Assembly (NCBI GenBank): GCA_041914645.1
Contig: JAYSCY010000006.1
Coordinates: forward strand, 241,647-305,646
Direction of reading: 5' to 3'
Source of the DNA: Permianibacter sp.
Lineage (GTDB): Bacteria > Pseudomonadota > Gammaproteobacteria > Enterobacterales > Permianibacteraceae
Length of the DNA stretch: 64,000 nucleotides
In this document: positions 45,357-55,277 of the stretch, piece after piece
Numbering within the stretch: the stretch's first letter is position 1
How the letters are laid out: every line of letters begins with the position of its first letter
Translations under genes and position numbers: made by a program
The notes under the pieces: generated by a model
What the model was told of the DNA's origin: nothing
What the model saw: only the letters and a program-made list of their open reading frames with translations
Databases searched by the model: none

Positions 45357-46824
45357 ATTACATGTCAAATCGAAAGCCAGATCGAACACCATGCGGCTCG
45401 CGTTGTCGTTGCTGACCGCATCGGTGCTGACTGCCTGTGCCATTGGCCCGGATTACCAGCGCCCGGAATTGGCGCTGCCTGATCAATGGCAGCAGGCGCC
45501 TGTGGCGGCCAGCACGGAGCTCTCCCGTTGGTGGCTGAGTTTCAATGATCCGGTGCTGACCGCGCTGATTGAAGAAAGCTTTGCCAACAACAGCAATCTG
45601 AAAGTGGCTGTGGCATCAGTCGAAGCGGCCGCTGCGCAATTGCAACTGGCGCGTGCCGACTACTGGCCGACGGTTGATCTTGGCGTGGCTGGGACGCGCA
45701 CCCGCGCCAGCGAAGCCATGACGCCGACTGGCCAGCCGCTCAAGACAACCAGCTATCAGACCGGCTTGATGCTGGATTACGAGATCGATCTGTGGGGCAA
45801 GATCCGCCGTGCCAACGAAGCGGCGTTGGCCGAGCTCAACGGCAATGTCGCGGCATTTGATGCCGTGCGTGCCGCGCTGGCGGCGAATGTGGCGCAGGCC
45901 TATTTTGAACTGAAGGCGCTCGACAAACAGATTGGCCTGAGCGAACAGACCTTGCGCACCCGCACGGAAAACGTTCGATTGCAGCAGAAGCGTCTGGATA
46001 GCGGCCTCATCTCGCCGTATGACTTCGAGCAGGCACGCAGCGAAGCGGAAGCCGTGGCGGCGCAATTGCCGGTGCAGAAAATGGCGCGGGCGAAAGTGTT
46101 GACCGCGCTGGCGGTGCTGCGTGGCCAGTCGCCGAAAGAAATGGTGGCCGGCTGGAACGGTGCAGTCAGCGATCCGGCGGCAAGTTTGCCGACCGCGCCG
46201 GAGATCCCGATGGATTTGCCGTCGGCGCTGTTGTCACGCCGGCCGGATGTCCGGCAAGCCGAGGCGCGGTTGCAAGCTGCCAACGCGCGCATCGGTGTCG
46301 CCAAGGCGGATTATCTGCCGTCGCTGTCGCTGACCGGTTTCGCGGGTGGTGTGTCCGGTGCGCTCAGCAGCGTGCTGGATGCGCCGGCGCGGACTTGGGA
46401 AGCCGCGTTGGGGTTGTCACAGCCGTTGACCAGTCTGTATCGCGTCGAGGCCAATGTCGGCACTGCCGAAGCCAACGCGCAGGCGCAGGCTGCTGCCTAC
46501 GTCAACACGGTGCAAACCGCGTTCAAGGAGACACTGGACGCGCTGGTTACCCTCAGTGCGACGCGCGAAATCCAGGCCGCGCAGCAGCGTCGGGTCGACG
46601 CGCTTGGCAATGCTTATCGGGTCGCCAAACTGCGCTATGACGCCGGCCGTATCGGCTATCTGGAGCTGCTGGATGTCGAACGGCAATTGCGGCTGGTGGA
46701 GCAAACTCAGGTGCAGGCGCAACTGGAGCAGATTAACGCAACGGTGGCGCTTTACCGTGCACTGGGTGGTGGCTGGCAGGCAGCCGTCGCGGAAGCAAAC
46801 AGCAACGCCAGTGACCAGGGTTGA
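45349..46824 (+). CDS. Outer-membrane efflux lipoprotein (NodT/OprM family)
   Basis: Lipobox LLTASVLTAC followed by AIGPDYQRPE. It overlaps the RND gene end by 8 nt. Confidence 0.9.
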   Translation: MTKLHVKSKARSNTMRLALSLLTASVLTACAIGPDYQRPELALPDQWQQAPVAASTELSRWWLSFNDPVLTALIEESFANNSNLKVAVASVEAAAAQLQLARADYWPTVDLGVAGTRTRASEAMTPTGQPLKTTSYQTGLMLDYEIDLWGKIRRANEAALAELNGNVAAFDAVRAALAANVAQAYFELKALDKQIGLSEQTLRTRTENVRLQQKRLDSGLISPYDFEQARSEAEAVAAQLPVQKMARAKVLTALAVLRGQSPKEMVAGWNGAVSDPAASLPTAPEIPMDLPSALLSRRPDVRQAEARLQAANARIGVAKADYLPSLSLTGFAGGVSGALSSVLDAPARTWEAALGLSQPLTSLYRVEANVGTAEANAQAQAAAYVNTVQTAFKETLDALVTLSATREIQAAQQRRVDALGNAYRVAKLRYDAGRIGYLELLDVERQLRLVEQTQVQAQLEQINATVALYRALGGGWQAAVAEANSNASDQG

Positions 46825-46846
46825 GCCAACCGGTTGCCTGTGTGGT

Positions 46847-46883
46847 AAAAAAAACAGCGACCCTTTGGTCGCTGTTTTTTTAT
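46847..46883. terminator. Bidirectional intrinsic terminator
   Basis: AAAAAAAACAGCGACCCTTTGGTCGCTGTTTTTTT lies between the outer-membrane factor gene (plus strand) and hemL (minus strand). Confidence 0.85.
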
Positions 46884-46912
46884 GAGAAGTAATCAGCGCA
46901 TCAAGAATGCGC

Positions 46913-48196
46913 TCAGGCTTTCAGCGCCCGAAAGCAACGCTCGGCAGCAGCAACGGTGGCCGCAATATCGGCTTCGCTGTGTGCGGCTGAAACAAAACCG
47001 GCCTCAAAGGCCGACGGCGCCAGGTAAATGCCCTCGGCCAGCATCAGGTGGAAGAAACGCTTGAACGCCGGAATGTCGCAGGCAGTCGCTTCGTTGTAAC
47101 GCCAAACTGTTTTGTCAGTGAAGAAAAAGCCGAACATGCCTCCGACCGAGCGAGTGGTCAGTGCAACACCGGCAGCGTCGGCGGCTTGCTGAAATCCTGC
47201 CATCAGCTGCTCGGTGCTGGCGGTAAGTTTGGCGTGAAAGTCCGGCTTGGCAACGTGATCAAGCGTAACGAGGCCAGCGGCCATGGCGACCGGGTTGCCG
47301 GACAATGTGCCGGCCTGATACACCGGACCGAGCGGTGACAGCTTTTCCATGATTGCGCGTTTGCCGCCAAACGCACCGACCGGCATGCCGCCGCCAATCA
47401 CTTTGCCGAGCGTGGTCAGATCCGGGGTAATGCCATACATGGCCTGTACGCCACCGAGTGCAACCCGAAAGCCGGTCATCACTTCATCGAAAATCAGCAC
47501 ACTGCCGTACTCGTCGCACAGTTTGCGCAGGCCTTCAAGAAAGCCCGGCACTGGCGGCAACAGGTTCATGTTGCCGGCCACCGGCTCGACGATCACGCAG
47601 GCAATATCGCTGCCGTGTTGCTTGAACAGAGCCTGGACATTTTCCAGATTGTTGAATTCGCCGACCAGCGTGTGCTTGGTGAAATCGGCCGGCACGCCCG
47701 GTGACGACGGTTCGCCAAAAGTCAGCAGGCCCGAGCCGGCTTTCACCAGCAGCGAATCCGAGTGGCCGTGGTAGCAGCCTTCGAATTTCAGCAGTTTGTT
47801 GCGGTTGGTGTAGCCACGTGCCAGACGGATCGCGCTCATGGTGGCTTCGGTACCCGAGCTGACCATGCGGACCAGCTCGATGCTCGGCATCAGCGCCTTG
47901 ACGCGCTCGGCGAGGATGATTTCGGCCTCGGTCGGTGCACCAAACGACAAACCGTTTTTGGCGACATCACAAACAGCGTTGATCACATCTGGATGTGCAT
48001 GACCGAGAATGGCCGGGCCCCAGGAGCCGACGTAATCGATATAGCGCTTGCCGTCTTCGTCCCACAGGTACGCACCTTCACCCTTTTTGAAAAAGATCGG
48101 GGTGCCGCCTACCTGGCGGAACGCGCGCACTGGCGAATTGACGCCGCCGGGGATAGAAGCTTGGGCGCGGGTGAAGAGTTGTTCAGAACGGGACAT
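46913..48196 (-). CDS. hemL: Glutamate-1-semialdehyde 2,1-aminomutase
   Basis: [36 protein letters not shown]... Confidence 0.95.
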   Translation of the reverse strand: MSRSEQLFTRAQASIPGGVNSPVRAFRQVGGTPIFFKKGEGAYLWDEDGKRYIDYVGSWGPAILGHAHPDVINAVCDVAKNGLSFGAPTEAEIILAERVKALMPSIELVRMVSSGTEATMSAIRLARGYTNRNKLLKFEGCYHGHSDSLLVKAGSGLLTFGEPSSPGVPADFTKHTLVGEFNNLENVQALFKQHGSDIACVIVEPVAGNMNLLPPVPGFLEGLRKLCDEYGSVLIFDEVMTGFRVALGGVQAMYGITPDLTTLGKVIGGGMPVGAFGGKRAIMEKLSPLGPVYQAGTLSGNPVAMAAGLVTLDHVAKPDFHAKLTASTEQLMAGFQQAADAAGVALTTRSVGGMFGFFFTDKTVWRYNEATACDIPAFKRFFHLMLAEGIYLAPSAFEAGFVSAAHSEADIAATVAAAERCFRALKA

Positions 48197-48309
48197 AAAG
48201 GACCTCAATTAATTCTGTTTCCGGGAGCGGGTTTTCCGCCCATTCCAGTTCGGAAGGAAAATGGGACTCCGGCGTTCGCCGGAACGCCATTGCATGATCT
48301 TGTGCTTAA

Positions 48310-49323
48310 TCAGCCTTTCCGCACATTCTTCCAGCTAATCGGTCGGCTGTATTTGTCGATCTCTTTCGACACGCCAAGAATGCTGGCAAACAGCGCCATC
48401 CGGACCAGCACGCCGTTGTCGGTCTGGCGGAAGATTGCGAGGTTGGGGTTGTCGTTCAGATCATTGTCGAGTTCATTGGCATCGGCGCGCGAGTCGCGCG
48501 GCAGCGGGTGCATGATCACGGTGCTCGGCTGACAGAATTGCGAGTAGGCGAACTGGTTGATCCGGAAGCGACCGCGATACTGGTTGGCTTCGTCCTTGCT
48601 GGTGAAGCGTTCTTCCTGAATGCGGGTTTGGTAAATGATGTCGACATTGGCGATGCCGACTGCCAGATCTTCGGTTTCGACGACGGTATGGCCGGCAGCG
48701 ATCAGCCGCTCGGTGATTTCTTCCGGCATGGCCAGCGCCTTGGGCGACACGAACACAAAGCTGATGTTGCGATACAGGCAGAGCAGTTGCGACAGCGAGT
48801 GCACCGTGCGACCGTGTTTCAGATCGCCAACCATGGCGATGCGCAGGTTGTCGATGCCACGACTCTGGCCAGCCATCTCCTGCTGCATGGTGTACAAATC
48901 AAGCAGGGCTTGCGATGGGTGCTCGTTGGCGCCGTCGCCGCCGTTGATGACCGGTACCCGCGAGGCGCTGGCAAACTCGGCAACGGAGCCCGGTTGCGGA
49001 TGCCGCATGACAATCAGATCGGAATAACCGGACAGCACCCGGGCGGTGTCGTACAGCGACTCACCTTTGGCAAGCGACGAGCTTTCGATGCCAACGGTTT
49101 CCCGCACCTCGCCACCCAGCAGGTTGAACGCGCAGCCGAATGAAACGCGGGTGCGGGTCGAGGGTTCGAAAAACAGCGAGCCGAGAATGGCGCCGTTCAG
49201 CACCGTGGTCATTTTTTCCCGGCGGGCATAGGGCCGCATGGTGTCGGCGACCTGAAACAGTGATTCGATATTGGAGCGGTCGAATTGTTGGACCGAGAGG
49301 ATGTGACTGCCGAGCACATTCAT
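48310..49323 (-). CDS. pyrB: Aspartate carbamoyltransferase catalytic chain
   Basis: Motifs FFEPSTRTRVSF, NEHPSQALLD, YQTRIQEERF and MHPLPRD. Trimmed to MNVLGSHILS (ATG at 49323). Confidence 0.8.
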   Translation of the reverse strand: MNVLGSHILSVQQFDRSNIESLFQVADTMRPYARREKMTTVLNGAILGSLFFEPSTRTRVSFGCAFNLLGGEVRETVGIESSSLAKGESLYDTARVLSGYSDLIVMRHPQPGSVAEFASASRVPVINGGDGANEHPSQALLDLYTMQQEMAGQSRGIDNLRIAMVGDLKHGRTVHSLSQLLCLYRNISFVFVSPKALAMPEEITERLIAAGHTVVETEDLAVGIANVDIIYQTRIQEERFTSKDEANQYRGRFRINQFAYSQFCQPSTVIMHPLPRDSRADANELDNDLNDNPNLAIFRQTDNGVLVRMALFASILGVSKEIDKYSRPISWKNVRKG

Positions 49324-49517
49324 GGTGCGGGTTCCGCGGTTCGGTTGTTGAAAGGCACCGGCTGGTCGCGGTGCCAATAAATGGGTGATGCACGAAGCGG
49401 GTTGGTTGTGGGCCGGCACCGCAGACGATTGCCGGTGACGTTTGCTTCGCAAACCCGGATTACGGCTGACGGCCAATCCGGTTTACGGGGAACGCTGTCC
49501 GGTTGTCTACGGCAGGA

Positions 49518-50132
49518 TTATTCGAACAGCGTCGAATACCGCCGTGCTGCCGCCTCGATATCGTCGGCGCCGAATACACCGTGGATGACGGCGAGCAGGT
49601 CGGCGCCGGCCGCCCTGAGCTGGGCGCCATTGTCCGGGGTCACGCCACCAATCGCAAGCAAGGGCAGGGCGAACCGGGTACGGGCGACGGTGAGCGTGGC
49701 CACTGGGCAGGGCGGTGCCGATGGTTTGGTCCGGGACGGAAAGAAGCGGCCAAAGGCCAGGTAGTCCGCGCCGGCGGCAGCAGCCCGTTCGGCCAGCTCC
49801 AGCGAGCCATGGCAGGTGACGCCCAGCAGCTTTCCGGGCAGGGCGGCCCGGGCGGCGGCCAGGTCGCCATCCGACTGGCCGAGATGAACGCCGTCGGCAT
49901 CCACTGCCCGCGCCAATTCGACATCATCATTGATCAGCAGGCGGGCACCGTGCTGCCGGCACAGCTGCTGCAGGGCGCTGGCGCGTGTGAACCGCTCGGT
50001 TGCCGTTGCCGGTTTGTCGCGGTATTGCACCAGTCGGGCGCCACCGCGCAGCGCCGCACTGACGGCAGCCAGCAGCCGGTCGGCCGGCAACAGTGCGGGA
50101 TCGGTAATCACATAGAGGCCGGTCAGCGACAT
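49518..50132 (-). CDS. thiE: Thiamine-phosphate synthase
   Basis: MSLTGLYVITDPALL...LVQYRDK...LLINDDVELA...DGVHLGQSD...AIGGV. The start was chosen for AAGGA spacing; an alternative start is at 50141. Confidence 0.88.
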   Translation of the reverse strand: MSLTGLYVITDPALLPADRLLAAVSAALRGGARLVQYRDKPATATERFTRASALQQLCRQHGARLLINDDVELARAVDADGVHLGQSDGDLAAARAALPGKLLGVTCHGSLELAERAAAAGADYLAFGRFFPSRTKPSAPPCPVATLTVARTRFALPLLAIGGVTPDNGAQLRAAGADLLAVIHGVFGADDIEAAARRYSTLFE

Positions 50133-50284
50133 CGACAGCATTCCTTGTAACCAGACGGTGCCATTGTCCGGACTTGCCCGGGGCGTCGCCAGCGTGACGA
50201 CGGAATTATTCAGCCGTCTTGACCGCTGATACAAAACGATACAAAGTGCGCGGGCAACAGGATATGCGCTCAGGGAGGTGTCGG

Positions 50285-50518
50285 GTGCCGGCGTCGTTGT
50301 TATTGTCTGTTGGGGCATTGCGGGCCCAGAACCGGCTGTCGGAAAGCGGTGAAGTCCGCGAATGCAGCGAATTGGAAGATCAGGTCAGTCTGGACCCCTC
50401 CGAGCGGCGCTTGTCGCCACAGCGCAGCCCGCATCCGGTGTTGCTGATGTTTGCCGGCGTGGTGTACGGCGTACCGGTGCTGGGGTTCGCCGCGCTATTG
50501 CACTGGGGCATGACCTAG
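50285..50518 (+). CDS. Possible small tail-anchored membrane protein (hypothetical)
   Basis: A GTG start 6 nt after AGGGAGG. The C-terminal hydrophobic helix is PVLLMFAGVVYGVPVLGFAALLHW. A strong terminator follows about 30 nt after the stop. There is no homology evidence. Confidence 0.3.
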   Translation: MPASLLLSVGALRAQNRLSESGEVRECSELEDQVSLDPSERRLSPQRSPHPVLLMFAGVVYGVPVLGFAALLHWGMT

Positions 50519-50548
50519 GCAAGTGCCAGCGATTCGGGAAGTCACAAG

Positions 50549-50577
50549 AAAACGGGCTCGCAGTGCGAGCCCGTTTT
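50549..50577. terminator. Bidirectional intrinsic terminator
   Basis: AAAACGGGCTCGC-AGT-GCGAGCCCGTTTT, immediately downstream of S8 protease 1 (minus strand). Confidence 0.85.
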
Positions 50578-50635
50578 GCTTGACGACGATCACGACCCCT
50601 TTTCATTCATGGGGCCTGGAGCCGCGTCAACACGC

Positions 50636-52522
50636 TCAAGGGAACGTGATTTTCCAGCTGTTGATATAGCCGGTATCCACGGCCGCGCGATCGCGCACCC
50701 GCAGGTTCCAGGTGCCGGCGCGGGCTTTGCTGCCAACATTGACCGAGAAGGTCTGGACGATGTTGTCGGCGCTGCCGCCCGTGCGATTGTGCAGGTTGTA
50801 GACCGTGCCATCCGGGTGAATGAGATCAACGATCAGATCGCCCTTGTAGGTGTGAACGATATTGACGTCGACCGATACCGTGCCGGAGCTGCCAGCACCG
50901 GTCACCGCGATCGGGCTGCTGATGCCGGTGGTGTTGTTGTCCGGAATGGCATAGTCGGTGGTGTTTTCGAAACTGCTGCCACCGCCGCCAATGTCGTAGT
51001 TGCCAACCAGCGATACGCCAGAGAAGGTCGAGTAGGCGCGCAGCATCACGTAGTACGTGCCGGTTTGTGGCGCTGCGAATGAGCAGGTTTCGTTATTGCC
51101 ATTCAAGTACGGGCGGCAGTCATAAGCGCTGGTGGTGGGGGCGCTGCCAAACCGCACGTACAGATCGGCATCACCACTACCGCCACTGATATTGAAGCTC
51201 AGATTGCTGGCGCCAGCCGGAACCGCCATGGTCCAGGTCCGGGTTGCCCCCGTGCTAAGGCCAAGGCCGGTCACCGGGACACCGTCACTGAGCGTGTCAC
51301 CACCCGGCGGCGGCGGTGGCGGCGGAGGTGGCGGCGGCGGCGTACCACCATTCAGGAACACCGTGCTCAGCAACTTGTTCGGGCCGGACGGAATGCCGGT
51401 GATTTTGTTGTTGGACGCGTTGTTGACCAACGCCGTCGTCACTGCCGACGGTGTGGCGGTCGGGTTGGCGTACAGATACAGCGCGGCTGCACCGGCGACA
51501 TGGGGTGACGCCATCGACGTTCCAGACAGCGTTGCGGTCGCGGTATTGCTGCTGATACCGGCGGACAAGATGCTCGAGCCGGGCGCAAAAATATCAACGC
51601 AAGAACCGGAGTTGGAGAAGCTCGACATGGCATCGGAGCTGGTGGTAGAGCCGGTGGTGATGGCACTCGGTGCCCGTGCCGGTGAATAACTGCAGGCGTT
51701 GCCGCTGTCGTTACCCGCCGCAACGACGGTAACAACACCGGCATTGGTCATGTTCGCGACCGCAGTATCCACGGCCGAAGACGCGCCACCGCCCAGACTC
51801 ATGTTGGCCACAGCCGGTTTGGTGTGATTGGCCGTGACCCAATCCATCCCGGCAATGACGCCGGAATTGGTGCCACTACCCGAACAGTTCAGCACGCGAA
51901 CAGCGTGCAGCGTGACGTTCTTGGCCACACCATAAGTGGTGCCGCCGACGGTACCGGCAACGTGCGTGCCGTGACCTTGGCAATCATTGGTGCCATTGCC
52001 ATCACCAATGGCGTCATAGCCAGTGCTCATCCGGCCGGTGAACTCGTTGTGCGTGGCCCGAATGCCGGTGTCGATGATGTAGGCATGAACGCCATTGCTG
52101 GCCTGATAGGTGTAACTGTTGTTGAGCGGCAGATCGGTTTGATCAATGCGATCAATGCCCCAGGTGGCCGGACTTTGGGTGGCGATGATGCGGACCTCTG
52201 CATCCGCTTCGACAAAGGCGACCGACGGGTCATCGGCCATCTTCATCGCGTTGCCATGATCCATCACCACCACCGCACCGCGCAGGGCATGTTCATATGC
52301 ACGCTCGACTGCGGCACCGTAACGGCGGTTCAACTCGCCGGCAACCACAGCAGCACTGCGTGGCGTTCCTTGCGCGGTCATCATCGCGTTGTCCTTGAAC
52401 ACGACGATGTAGCGGTTCGGAATGACATTGGGGGCATTGAGCCCGCGAATTTCTCCGGCTTGTACCGCGCACGCGAAAATCACGGCGGCGGCGACAAGCG
52501 TTGGCTTGAGCACAGTTTTCAT
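50636..52522 (-). CDS. Secreted subtilisin-like S8 serine protease (I9 propeptide, S8, poly-Pro linker, PPC domain, P/proprotein-convertase domain)
   Basis: Signal peptide [22 protein letters not shown]. Catalytic motifs [13 protein letters not shown] (Asp), [12 protein letters not shown] (His) and [17 protein letters not shown] (Ser). A 12xPro linker is present. The C-terminal ...[28 protein letters not shown]...[25 protein letters not shown] is a P-domain. Confidence 0.92.
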   Translation of the reverse strand: MKTVLKPTLVAAAVIFACAVQAGEIRGLNAPNVIPNRYIVVFKDNAMMTAQGTPRSAAVVAGELNRRYGAAVERAYEHALRGAVVVMDHGNAMKMADDPSVAFVEADAEVRIIATQSPATWGIDRIDQTDLPLNNSYTYQASNGVHAYIIDTGIRATHNEFTGRMSTGYDAIGDGNGTNDCQGHGTHVAGTVGGTTYGVAKNVTLHAVRVLNCSGSGTNSGVIAGMDWVTANHTKPAVANMSLGGGASSAVDTAVANMTNAGVVTVVAAGNDSGNACSYSPARAPSAITTGSTTSSDAMSSFSNSGSCVDIFAPGSSILSAGISSNTATATLSGTSMASPHVAGAAALYLYANPTATPSAVTTALVNNASNNKITGIPSGPNKLLSTVFLNGGTPPPPPPPPPPPPGGDTLSDGVPVTGLGLSTGATRTWTMAVPAGASNLSFNISGGSGDADLYVRFGSAPTTSAYDCRPYLNGNNETCSFAAPQTGTYYVMLRAYSTFSGVSLVGNYDIGGGGSSFENTTDYAIPDNNTTGISSPIAVTGAGSSGTVSVDVNIVHTYKGDLIVDLIHPDGTVYNLHNRTGGSADNIVQTFSVNVGSKARAGTWNLRVRDRAAVDTGYINSWKITFP

Positions 52523-52822
52523 TGTGACACTCTCTCCTAGCGTAGAAATGGCGTGACGCCCATGGCGTACGCCGCCCTCCGGCTCTATCGACGGCTGGCC
52601 GAATTCCTTTGAACTGATTTGGAGTGTGAAAATCGAGCGAGCAGGCTAACGCCAGCGCGCTACAAGAACCGTGAACAGTGCGATTTCGGGACGGATGAAG
52701 GGAAGCTGAGCAAAACGAGCCGACAGCATAAGTCCTCCTGACCCAAGCGACGACCATTCATACCCGCTCACTTGCGGTAAGACATGATGGAGAATTTGTT
52801 GAACAGACAGCTGGGAAAAAAC

Positions 52823-52914
52823 TAGACCTGTGCTTGGTGGAAAGCAACGGGTTTGCGGGTAAATTTTTGTAGAGTTTTGTAGTACCTGCGCAAGGGTGCA
52901 AGTTCGCTGCAGCG
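52823..52914 (-). promoter_or_regulatory. Conserved upstream module A (shared with protease 2)
   Basis: Four exact blocks, TAGACCTG, GGAAAGCAACGGGT, TTTTGTAGAGTTTTGTAG and TTCGCTGCAGCG, occur with the same spacing (16 / 26 / 37-38 nt) as at 54969-55059. The module lies about 300 nt upstream of the ATG. Confidence 0.55.
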
Positions 52915-52924
52915 AGCCGGCAAG

Positions 52925-52956
52925 AAAAAAAGCCCGCGGCAGTAGCTGCCGCGGGC
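52925..52956 (-). terminator. Intrinsic terminator of S8 protease 2
   Basis: On the minus strand, GCCCGCGGCAG-CTA-CTGCCGCGGGC is followed by TTTTTTT. Confidence 0.85.
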
Positions 52957-53022
52957 CGTCGTGATGCCGCTAAGCGGTTGTTTTAATCGTTAGCGTACCG
53001 GCAATGCCGGCACGCTCGTCGA

Positions 53023-54597
53023 TCAATAGGCCGCTTTGACGGTGTAGGTGCCGCTGGTGCCGGTGGCGCCGCTGTAATACACCACACGGATGTAGCGAAC
53101 GAACGCCGACGTACCGGTGTTGGTGACCGTGACCGAATCGACCAGTCCGGTGCCCTTCTCGCTGCGGCCGATTTCGGTGCCTGACGAGTTGTACACGATC
53201 AGATCATAGTCAGACGTGCTGTTCGGGGTCAGCGTCGCGGTCAGCGATTTGCCGGCACCCAAGGTCAGTTTGAAATAGTCGGTATCCGAGCTGGCGGACA
53301 TCGTGCCATTCAAGGTCTGGTTGCTGGCAATCGCATTGGCGGCCGAGGTCGAGTTGTTCGGCTCGGTCTCGCTGCTGCCACTCGGCGGCGGCGGGGGCGG
53401 CGGCGGCGGCGGTGGGGTGCCACCGTTCAAGAACACCGTGCTCAGCAGCTTGTTCGGGCCGGACGGAATGCCGGTGATCTTGTTCGATGAGGCGTTGTTG
53501 ACCAGCGCAGTGGCGACTGCCGACGGCGTAGCGTTCGGGTTGGCATACAGGTACAGCGCGGCAGCGCCAGCAACGTGCGGCGACGCCATCGATGTGCCCG
53601 ACAAGGTGGCGGTAGCAGTGTTGCTGCTGATGCCAACCGAAACGATGCTCGAGCCCGGTGCGAAAATATCAACGCAGGAGCCGTAGTTCGAGAAGCTCGA
53701 CATGCCATCGGTGTTGGTGGTCGAACCGACAGTGATCGCGCTCGGTGCGCGCGCCGGTGAGTAGTTACAGGCGTTGGCGCTGTCGTTGCCCGCAGCAACA
53801 ACGGTGGTGACACCGGCGCTGACCAGGTTGGCAACCGCTGTGTCCACTGCCGACGAAGCACCACCACCGAGGCTCATGTTGGCCACGGCTGGCTTGGTGT
53901 GATTGGAACGGACCCAGTCGATACCGGCGATCACGCCAGAGTTGGTGCCGCTGCCATCGCAACCAAGCACGCGCACCGGGTGCAGCGTCACGCTCTTGGC
54001 AACACCATGGGTGGTACCACCGACGGTGCCGGCCACATGGCTGCCGTGACCCTGGCAGTCATTGGTGCCGTTGCCATCGCCCATCGCGTCATAACCATTG
54101 CCCATCCGACCGGAGAATTGGCTGTGGGTCGAACGAATGCCGGTGTCGATGATGTAGGCGTGCACGCCACTGCTGTTCTGATAGGTGTAGCTGTTGTTCA
54201 GCGGCAGGCTGGTTTGATCGATGCGATCAAGACCCCAGGTGGCCGGGCTCTGGGTGGCGTCGAGCCGAATGATGGCGTCCGCCTCAACGAAAGCGACCGA
54301 CGGGTCATTGGCCAGTTTCATGGCGTTGCCATGATCCATGACCACCACGGCACCCTTGAACGCGTGTTCAAACGAGCGCTCTACCGAAGCGCCGTAACGG
54401 CGATTCATGTCCATGGCGACCGCTGCCGCATTGCGTTGCACCCCGTTGGTCGCGACCATTGCATTGTCTTTGAACACGACGATGTAACGGTTCGGGATTA
54501 CGTTTGGTGCATTCAGGCCGCGAATTTCTGCGGCGTTGCTGGCGCATGCGCAAAAAACTGCTGCTGCGATCAGCGTTGGTTTGATGACTGTTTTCAT
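53023..54597 (-). CDS. Secreted subtilisin-like S8 serine protease paralogue (I9 propeptide, S8, poly-Pro linker, PPC domain; no P-domain)
   Basis: [22 protein letters not shown], and the same Asp/His/Ser motifs as protease 1. By eye it is near-colinear and mostly identical up to the poly-Pro linker. The C-terminal [12 protein letters not shown]...DTDYFKLTL...[10 protein letters not shown] is a pre-peptidase C-terminal domain. AGGAGA SD lies before the ATG at 54597. Confidence 0.92.
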   Translation of the reverse strand: MKTVIKPTLIAAAVFCACASNAAEIRGLNAPNVIPNRYIVVFKDNAMVATNGVQRNAAAVAMDMNRRYGASVERSFEHAFKGAVVVMDHGNAMKLANDPSVAFVEADAIIRLDATQSPATWGLDRIDQTSLPLNNSYTYQNSSGVHAYIIDTGIRSTHSQFSGRMGNGYDAMGDGNGTNDCQGHGSHVAGTVGGTTHGVAKSVTLHPVRVLGCDGSGTNSGVIAGIDWVRSNHTKPAVANMSLGGGASSAVDTAVANLVSAGVTTVVAAGNDSANACNYSPARAPSAITVGSTTNTDGMSSFSNYGSCVDIFAPGSSIVSVGISSNTATATLSGTSMASPHVAGAAALYLYANPNATPSAVATALVNNASSNKITGIPSGPNKLLSTVFLNGGTPPPPPPPPPPPSGSSETEPNNSTSAANAIASNQTLNGTMSASSDTDYFKLTLGAGKSLTATLTPNSTSDYDLIVYNSSGTEIGRSEKGTGLVDSVTVTNTGTSAFVRYIRVVYYSGATGTSGTYTVKAAY

Positions 54598-54968
54598 TAT
54601 GTGGTGTTCTCCTGGCGTTGCATAAAAACGTGCGCGTGAGACGCACGTGTCCTCTACCCGGCGCTTTGCGAGCCGCCGAATTCGGTAAAACAAAAAGGAA
54701 TGTCCCACGCGCGGTATCGTTTGCACGTGTTCAGCCGAAGCGAATCAGGGAAGCGTCAACTCGAATTGGCTGGCGTGAGCGACGAACATCGCCATCGCCA
54801 ACAATTTGACGTGATGGATTGCAAGATGTGGTGGTGCCACAGCAGTGACACCGTAGTAGTCGACAACATGGAGCCCTCCAGCCCTGGTGACGACCCATCG
54901 AATCCACGCAGTGCGTGGTAATGCACGAAGGTGAAGCATTGTTGTTTTATTAAATGCGGCGCCAAAAA

Positions 54969-55059
54969 TAGACCTGACGTAAACGGAAAGCAACGGGTAG
55001 GGCGCCACTTTTTTGTAGAGTTTTGTAGAGCAGAAATGATCGGGAAATTCGCTGCAGCG
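54969..55059 (-). promoter_or_regulatory. Conserved upstream module B (shared with protease 1)
   Basis: It has the same four exact blocks and spacing as 52823-52914. It lies about 370 nt upstream of the ATG. Confidence 0.55.
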
Positions 55060-55277
55060 CAGCGAAAACGCTCGTGGCACTTTACTGGTGCATACGTGCC
55101 GAAACGGAGCCCCAAAAGGTCGGATCAGCAGCGTCGATTCAGGCGGGCAATTCGAACGGCTTGTTTGGGCGACTCATTCTGGTGCGTTGTCGAGGTGGGC
55201 CGTGCCGGTGCATCGAGTGATGATGGTCATGCGGCCTGCCAACCAATCCGAGGACTGGTTGGCGGGCCGCAGCGGTT

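Noticed and set aside
50340-50480. A possible TPP riboswitch upstream of thiE. The minus strand contains GACCTGATCT, reminiscent of the ACCTGATCTGGATAATGCCAGCG core.
   Set aside because: The match stops after CCTGATCT. There is no CTGAGA box and no P4/P5 CTGG...CCAG pairing. The region is also more than 200 nt from the likely thiE start.
51295-51345. Short-period GGC/GGT repeats (also 53385-53420) that look like a micro-array or simple-sequence repeat.
   Set aside because: They are the plus-strand image of CCN codons for the poly-proline linkers of the two minus-strand protease genes. They are not CRISPR repeats or intergenic repeats.
52523-52822. A c-di-GMP (GEMM-I) riboswitch in the long protease leaders (also 54598-54968). 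This was suggested by the c-di-GMP-rich neighbourhood and a CGCAAAGCG string in the protease-2 leader.
   Set aside because: The GGCAAA ... GACGCAAAGC core is absent, as is any GNRA tetraloop/receptor arrangement. The string is not shared by the two leaders.
50133-55277. The protease insertion and the four AT-rich islets considered as mobile genetic elements or defence islands.
   Set aside because: No integrase, transposase, recombinase, tRNA target, direct flanking repeats or phage genes were found anywhere in the window. Both proteases carry signal peptides and secretion-type C-terminal domains, which does not fit intracellular defence effectors.
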